Shown here one piece after another: positions 36,915 to 41,686 of a stretch of 41,686 nucleotides of DNA. The position numbers and the translations under genes are program-made. The notes under the pieces were generated by a model that searched no databases, had not been told where the DNA came from, and was given only the letters and a program-made list of their open reading frames with translations. The stretch's first letter is position 1. Each line of letters starts with the position of its first letter. Source of the stretch: a candidate division WS6 bacterium GW2011_GWE2_33_157 (GTDB taxonomy: Bacteria; Patescibacteriota; Dojkabacteria; SC72); NCBI GenBank assembly GCA_000989675.1, contig LBOT01000005.1:9289-50974 (forward strand). Reading direction: 5' to 3'.

Positions 36915-37755
36915 TCTTTATATATATCTCCATCAAGTTATCTAGTAAACATGCAATTGTCATTGGGCCAACACCTCCAGGTACAGGAGTTATATATTCA
37001 ACAATATCTTTAACACTATTAAAATTAACATCACCTACTAACTTACCATCACTATTTTTGTTTGTACCAACATCTATTACAATACTCTTCTCTTTAACAT
37101 ACTCCATATCTATATATTCTGGTTTACCTATGCCAACTACTAATATGTCTGCCATTTTACATATCTCTTTTAAATTCTTAGTATGTGAATGACACACTGT
37201 TACTGTTGCATTCTCGTTTTGTAACATTGCAGCGGTTGGTAATCCAACAATATCACTTCTTCCAATTACCACTGCATTCGTTCCTTCTATTTGAATCATG
37301 TAATCTTCCAAAAGCTTCATTATTCCTTTTGCGGTAGCAGGTGCTATAGCTGTTGAATCATTTTTAAAAAGTTTTCCTAAATTTGTTGATGTAAGACCAT
37401 CAACATCTTTTTCAGGATTTATATTTTCTAAAACATATTTTTCATCTATATGATTTGGTAATGGTAATTGAACCATTATTCCATCTACTTCTTCATCTTT
37501 ATTTAATTCAACAATGAGGTCTGAAAGTTCCCTTTGTGATATATCTCCATCAAATGTATGTACTACTCCCTTTATACCAAGTTCCTGTGCTTTCTTACTT
37601 TTCATTTCTACATACTTCTTACTTCCAAAATCATCTCCAACAAGAATTATATCTAGTCTTGGAACTCTATACCCTAATGCGATATATTCCAAAATATCCT
37701 CCTTGATAGAGTCATTAATATCTAATGCAGTAAGTTTTCCATCTAATATTGCCAT
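36901..37755 (-). CDS. folD: Bifunctional methylenetetrahydrofolate dehydrogenase/cyclohydrolase FolD
   Basis: 284 aa with GDDFGSKKYVEMKSK, VQLPLP, GRSDIVGLPTAAML and TPVPGGVGPMT. It overlaps glyA by 14 nt. Confidence 0.93.
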   Translation of the reverse strand: MAILDGKLTALDINDSIKEDILEYIALGYRVPRLDIILVGDDFGSKKYVEMKSKKAQELGIKGVVHTFDGDISQRELSDLIVELNKDEEVDGIMVQLPLPNHIDEKYVLENINPEKDVDGLTSTNLGKLFKNDSTAIAPATAKGIMKLLEDYMIQIEGTNAVVIGRSDIVGLPTAAMLQNENATVTVCHSHTKNLKEICKMADILVVGIGKPEYIDMEYVKEKSIVIDVGTNKNSDGKLVGDVNFNSVKDIVEYITPVPGGVGPMTIACLLDNLMEIYIKNVQK

Positions 37756-37836
37756 ACTAATATGTTTAAAAATATTTCCTTACCTATGTATTTTACAGGA
37801 TATTTTAATATTTTATGAGTACCTATGAATATTCCT

Positions 37837-38511
37837 TTATATATCCCTAATTGCTGTAACAATTGTTCTCTTTATATTTGCTCCTGCTGGCCAACATGTC
37901 ATTAGAGTCAATGTATCTTCTTCCATATATCTTCCTAAGTACTTTACTTCGTCAGGATTTACAATTGTAACTTCTAATACCTTGTATTTGTATATTACAT
38001 TTTGATAGCTAACATATATTGGATCATCTTTTCTTAATTCATTGAGTAGATAGAAGTAAACATTGTATTTTCTTCTTTCATAGAAGTTTACTGCTGAGTG
38101 GGCAAAAAGAAACACATTTCCATCTTCAGATGGTAGTGCACTCCCTTTAGCATGTGCTACTCCAGATATTAATGCTTGGGTATATGCTTCCTGATTAAAC
38201 GGATCTACATTTTTAATTACTTCAGCATTAGCCTTTATCTTAGGAATGTAAAGGCCGAAATTGTTATCTACAAATACTACTTGAGTATCCTGTTTTACTT
38301 CTTTGGTAATTTCTTCATCAGCTGTTACTATTTCTACCTTTACTTGATCTTCCTTGGGTGTAGGAGCAAAGTAAAAATCCAGATATGCTGAAATAATGGG
38401 TTGAAAGGTAAAAAGGAGTATTACAATACCCAAGACAAGAAGCAGGATACCTATATATTTCCTCCATCCTGCTTTCTCGTTTTTAATTTCTGCTTTGTCT
38501 ACTTCTGACAT
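37837..38511 (-). CDS. Sortase family transpeptidase (second copy), translationally overlapping the giant adhesin gene
   Basis: TM YIGILLLVLGIVILLFTF, His in FLFAHS, TLxTC in LTLMTCWP, and Arg in IKRTIVTA. The 29-nt overlap with the upstream gene end suggests an operon. Confidence 0.85.
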   Translation of the reverse strand: MSEVDKAEIKNEKAGWRKYIGILLLVLGIVILLFTFQPIISAYLDFYFAPTPKEDQVKVEIVTADEEITKEVKQDTQVVFVDNNFGLYIPKIKANAEVIKNVDPFNQEAYTQALISGVAHAKGSALPSEDGNVFLFAHSAVNFYERRKYNVYFYLLNELRKDDPIYVSYQNVIYKYKVLEVTIVNPDEVKYLGRYMEEDTLTLMTCWPAGANIKRTIVTAIRDI

Positions 38512-41500
38512 ATGTATATCCTACAGTAGCTAGTATTATTCCTCCAAGTGCAATCAAGACATATTTAAACCAGTCCCAGAAGGTTGCTTCTTTTGTATCA
38601 GTTCCAGTATCCTCTTCATCTTCTTCATTTGGTGTACCATTATCATCTGCTTCTCCCCCATTTGTAGTTTCTTCTCCAGCTACTTCTCCCTCATCTGGAC
38701 CACCTGTACCATCTGGAGTTACTGTTTCTTCACCTGCTACTTCACCACCTGTTGTAGTTGTAGTAGTTCCTGTCCCAGTAGTTGTTGTACCTTGTACAAT
38801 TACTACCTTTACAATATTGTCTGTTACAAATGTTGAGGTATTGTTAAATACATCTACTGCTCTAATTGCATAGTAATATTCTTTACTACAATCTAATACA
38901 TCATTATCTGTATATGACACATCTGTATTTGGTGTTACTGGGAATTCATCAATTATGGTTGTACTGTTAGCAAGGAATGGTTGTACTGAAGATCTAAATA
39001 TTTGTATGTTAGATGTTTGTCCATCATTTGCTGTTTTAAATGTAAGAGTATATGTACATGTGCCTTTTGTTTTAAGATAGTTTGTAACTGGTGATGGTTT
39101 ATCTAAATCTACCTGTACTGTAACTTTGTTAGAAGATTTACTTTCTGCTTCTGAGCCTGATCCTGCTGTAGCTATTACATAGAATTCATATGTACCATTT
39201 GCAGTAATTAGGCTACTATTTACTTCACAACTTCCACTGTTTGCTACTATTGGCGAACCAAATGCCCCTTTTGTTGTTTCATAACATTGTACTGAAATTT
39301 CTCTTCCCTCAATATCTAATGCTACAAAACCTATCTTAAATTCATTTGCATTCGTTGGTGTCTGTGGTTGTTCGATTTGTACATCTATACTTTCAACTGC
39401 AGCATATGAAGGCATTGGTTTTACAAGAGTAAATACTCCTAAAAGTAATACACTTGCTAACAGTAATGTCTTTATCTTTTTCTTTGGATTAAATACCAAA
39501 AGTATGAATCCTAATATCATAGATATTAATGCACCTAATGTTAGATATGTTTCTGCTCCTGTTCTAGGTAATGTAATAGTTGCACCTAATACCTGTCCTT
39601 CTCCAATTTCTACTGGTTCTATAATCAAGACCTGTGTTCTTACAAAGTTACTACTCGGTTCTGTAACTGAAGTTCCAAGTACTTGTGCTCCTAATACAGA
39701 TTCGCCCTCTGTCCATGCTATGTCTTTGTATATTCCTGGGTCCTGAAGAAGATTTGTTTCTGCAACATATGTTAAAGTTACAGTTTCTCCCTCAATCATA
39801 TCTCCGAGATTCCACTCTCCTGGTATTCCATTTCCATATCCTGGTTCTCCAGTAATTAAGAGTGTCTTAAGATCTCCTCTTAAACTAGATATTGCTGTCC
39901 ATGTTCCTGGTTGATATATAAATCCAAATGGTAGTATATCTGTTACCATAACATCATTTACTACATATGTTCCTTCACTTTCATCATCTGGTGTTGTAAC
40001 AATTAAAGTATACGTCACTGTATTTCCTGCCATTTCCCCTGCTACATCACTATCATTTGATTTAGCAATTTCTAATATTGGTTCTATTACTTGATTCTCA
40101 CATATATATGTTACTGTTTCTCCATTCTCCACTTCAATTAGAGGGTTTTGTGATATTGGGTTAAAGAAATCCCTTATTGATTCCTCTTCTTGGATATATT
40201 CAGGGTAACATCCATTAAATTTATATCCATTTGTTACAATTTCTGATATTGAATACTCTCCAGCATCTAGCCTTGTAAATTGAGCTATATCAGGTTCTAC
40301 TGTATCTTTAATATCCTGTGTATCTATTATTCCTTCTTGACTTAATACAATATCAAATGAGTCATTTGAATATATATCTTCCTTATCACTATCTATTACA
40401 TCTTTCTTAACAATAATGGTTGCTGGTAGCGCTGTATTCGTTATTGTACATGTAACATCATCTTCTGAAGTTAAGGTTAATACATTTTTTACTAGTGAAC
40501 CACCTGTACATACCCAATCACTTGCTTCAAATTCTTCATCTAAATCCCCTTCGCCATCTTCTGTTAATATATATGGTATTCCTGGTGCTACATATTCAAA
40601 GTCTCCTTCATCTCCATAATTCCAGAAACTTTTTACTTCTCCTGTTGCATACAGAACCCAATCACTTTCATCTGAATCAGATCCAAACATATTAACTACT
40701 TCTTTTACAAGTTTTATAGATGGTACTGGTGTTAATGTTATAGTTTCATCATCTGTATCAGTATCACTCTTTCCATCATCATCAATCACCGTTGCTGTAA
40801 ATATATTTGTATGAGTTTCTGGTGCTATACCTGCTGGAATACTAAATGTTTCTTCAAATGAACAGCTAGCTCCACCTGATAAAACAGTTCCTACATAACA
40901 GTCTGCATCACCTACTAATGTGCCAAATTTATCATCTGACAATACTGTAATTTCTCCATCTTCTGTACTGTTATTTGTAACTACATAAGTGAATACTACA
41001 CTACCTCCTGTTTCTGGTACTGTTGAAACATTCCCAGTTTTTAGTACTGAGATATCTGGCAATACATCTGTAAATTCGACTATTGCATCATCAGTATCTA
41101 TGGCCTCAGTATTGTCATTATCTTCTGCCTTTGCTGTAAAGATGTTGTTATGATCTGGACCAGAATAATCACCTTGTACGAATCTTACTATTGAAAATTC
41201 ACAGCTAGCTCCTGCTATTAATACAGTTTCTAACATACAATCTGCATCCCCTGTTAATATTCCATAATCACTATCATTTAAATATGTAATATCTACTTGT
41301 TCTTCACTACTTGTATTCTTTACAGTAAATGTAAATGTTACATTAGCTCCCGTTTCAGGCACTGTAGTTGGGTTTGGGGTTTTAGTTACTTCTATTGTAG
41401 GCCATACGTCTGTGAGATATACAGTTTCATCATCATCATCCGTAGCATCTGTTCCATCGTCATCTTCTGCGACTGCAGTAAATTTGTTGTAGTGATCTGG

Positions 41501-41686
41501 GCCTGAGTAATCTCCTTCTACCCACCTAGTTATTGAGAATTCACAAAATGCTCCAGATGTTAATTCTGTTCCTACTCCACAATCTGTATCTCCTGCTAAT
41601 GTCCCATATACACTATCATTTAAACTTGTAATCGTTACTGATTCTTCACTACTTGTATTTAATACTGTAAATGTAAATGTTACATC
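38483..41686 (-). CDS. Giant cell-surface repeat protein (N-terminus beyond window end): DUF11/CARDB-like repeats, Cna-B/prealbumin-like domains, internal LPRTG sorting signal, then a second signal-peptide-like segment, two FN3-like domains, T/G/E-rich linker and a TM anchor
   Basis: The ORF-track start (41362) is an in-frame GTG. My translation of 41363-41686 stays open (DVTFTFTVLNTSSEES...TTVPETGAN), so the gene continues upstream of the window. See the repeat and LPRTG features. Confidence 0.85.
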   Translation of the reverse strand, partial: DVTFTFTVLNTSSEESVTITSLNDSVYGTLAGDTDCGVGTELTSGAFCEFSITRWVEGDYSGPDHYNKFTAVAEDDDGTDATDDDDETVYLTDVWPTIEVTKTPNPTTVPETGANVTFTFTVKNTSSEEQVDITYLNDSDYGILTGDADCMLETVLIAGASCEFSIVRFVQGDYSGPDHNNIFTAKAEDNDNTEAIDTDDAIVEFTDVLPDISVLKTGNVSTVPETGGSVVFTYVVTNNSTEDGEITVLSDDKFGTLVGDADCYVGTVLSGGASCSFEETFSIPAGIAPETHTNIFTATVIDDDGKSDTDTDDETITLTPVPSIKLVKEVVNMFGSDSDESDWVLYATGEVKSFWNYGDEGDFEYVAPGIPYILTEDGEGDLDEEFEASDWVCTGGSLVKNVLTLTSEDDVTCTITNTALPATIIVKKDVIDSDKEDIYSNDSFDIVLSQEGIIDTQDIKDTVEPDIAQFTRLDAGEYSISEIVTNGYKFNGCYPEYIQEEESIRDFFNPISQNPLIEVENGETVTYICENQVIEPILEIAKSNDSDVAGEMAGNTVTYTLIVTTPDDESEGTYVVNDVMVTDILPFGFIYQPGTWTAISSLRGDLKTLLITGEPGYGNGIPGEWNLGDMIEGETVTLTYVAETNLLQDPGIYKDIAWTEGESVLGAQVLGTSVTEPSSNFVRTQVLIIEPVEIGEGQVLGATITLPRTGAETYLTLGALISMILGFILLVFNPKKKIKTLLLASVLLLGVFTLVKPMPSYAAVESIDVQIEQPQTPTNANEFKIGFVALDIEGREISVQCYETTKGAFGSPIVANSGSCEVNSSLITANGTYEFYVIATAGSGSEAESKSSNKVTVQVDLDKPSPVTNYLKTKGTCTYTLTFKTANDGQTSNIQIFRSSVQPFLANSTTIIDEFPVTPNTDVSYTDNDVLDCSKEYYYAIRAVDVFNNTSTFVTDNIVKVVIVQGTTTTGTGTTTTTTGGEVAGEETVTPDGTGGPDEGEVAGEETTNGGEADDNGTPNEEDEEDTGTDTKEATFWDWFKYVLIALGGIILATVGYTYVRSRQSRN
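39557..39571 (-). other. LPRTG sortase recognition motif, internal to the long ORF
   Basis: TTA CCT AGA ACA GGA on the minus strand, followed by the hydrophobic AETYLTLGALISMILGFILLVF and the basic NPKKKIK. Confidence 0.7.
40727..41686 (-). repeat. Tandem coding repeats, period 342 nt (114 aa), at least 3 units, array continues past window end
   Basis: Units begin at VTFTFTV (41683), VTFTFTV (41341) and VVFTYVV (40999). Each contains GDxDC...GASCxF and an Asp-rich tail (AEDDDGTDATDDDDE / AEDNDNTEAIDTDD / VIDDDGKSDTDTDDE). The first two units are clearly similar at nucleotide level by eye. Confidence 0.8.

Noticed and set aside
37781-37829. 8-nt direct repeat tacctatg at about 37781 and 37822, between sortase and folD
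   Set aside because: It is too short and AT-rich to be distinguished from chance, and no associated structure or flanking element is present.
1-41686. Alternative genetic code (UGA as Gly or Trp, as in Gracilibacteria/SR1 or Mollicutes), prompted by the absence of TGA stops
   Set aside because: Standard-code translation already yields full-length, collinear housekeeping proteins with no TGA interruptions. There is therefore no evidence that TGA is read as a sense codon. Only its avoidance is reported.
1-41686. CRISPR arrays, transposases/integrases, prophage genes, tRNA/rRNA/tmRNA, and diversity-generating retroelement parts (RT, TR/VR pairs) near the surface-protein genes
   Set aside because: There are no regularly spaced direct repeats and no recombinase-like or reverse-transcriptase-like ORFs. 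The largest non-coding gaps are about 80-180 nt and are occupied by promoters and terminators. None folds into an obvious tRNA cloverleaf by eye.

Overview
This is an AT-rich, very gene-dense bacterial chromosome segment: about 36 CDS, well over 90% coding, with many 1-38 nt gene overlaps.

**Housekeeping blocks.** They show Gram-positive-like synteny:
- rsmE plus a NOP2/Sun-type methyltransferase
- nusA-infB-rpsO-pnp
- dnaJ
- alaS-ruvX-mltG-LCP-holA
- rpsT ... lepA-recF
- folD-glyA-thyX-dcd-sufS

**Cell-envelope modules interleaved with them.** These include two sortases and two proteins with xPxTG sorting signals, one of them a giant repeat adhesin that runs off the window end. There are also several TM-anchored FN3/Ig-like proteins and an orphan solute-binding protein.

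**Other modules.** A stripped-down type-IV-secretion-like module (PrgI/VirB3-like, a 220-aa protein, a VirB4-like ATPase) sits next to a Lon-like AAA+ ATPase that has no protease domain.

**Likely origin.** Several core proteins are minimised: IF-2 without its N-terminal region, a 584-aa AlaRS, and a tandem ThyX. Together with the Gram-positive-type envelope genes, this suggests a reduced-genome, CPR/Patescibacteria-like organism. That is inference only.

**Not found.** I saw no rRNA, tRNA, CRISPR array, transposase or integrase.

**Most interesting observations:**
1. An LPRTG sorting signal continues in-frame, with no stop codon, into a second signal peptide and a second surface protein.
2. 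The minimal VirB3/VirB4 module carries an extra ORF that resembles the VirB4 N-domain.
3. The Lon-like ATPase lacks a protease domain.
4. Extended -10 boxes sit 5-7 nt from ATG at many operon starts, which suggests leaderless mRNAs.
5. None of the 35 stop codons is TGA.

**Limits.** All family assignments come from motif recognition by eye. No database or HMM search was possible.
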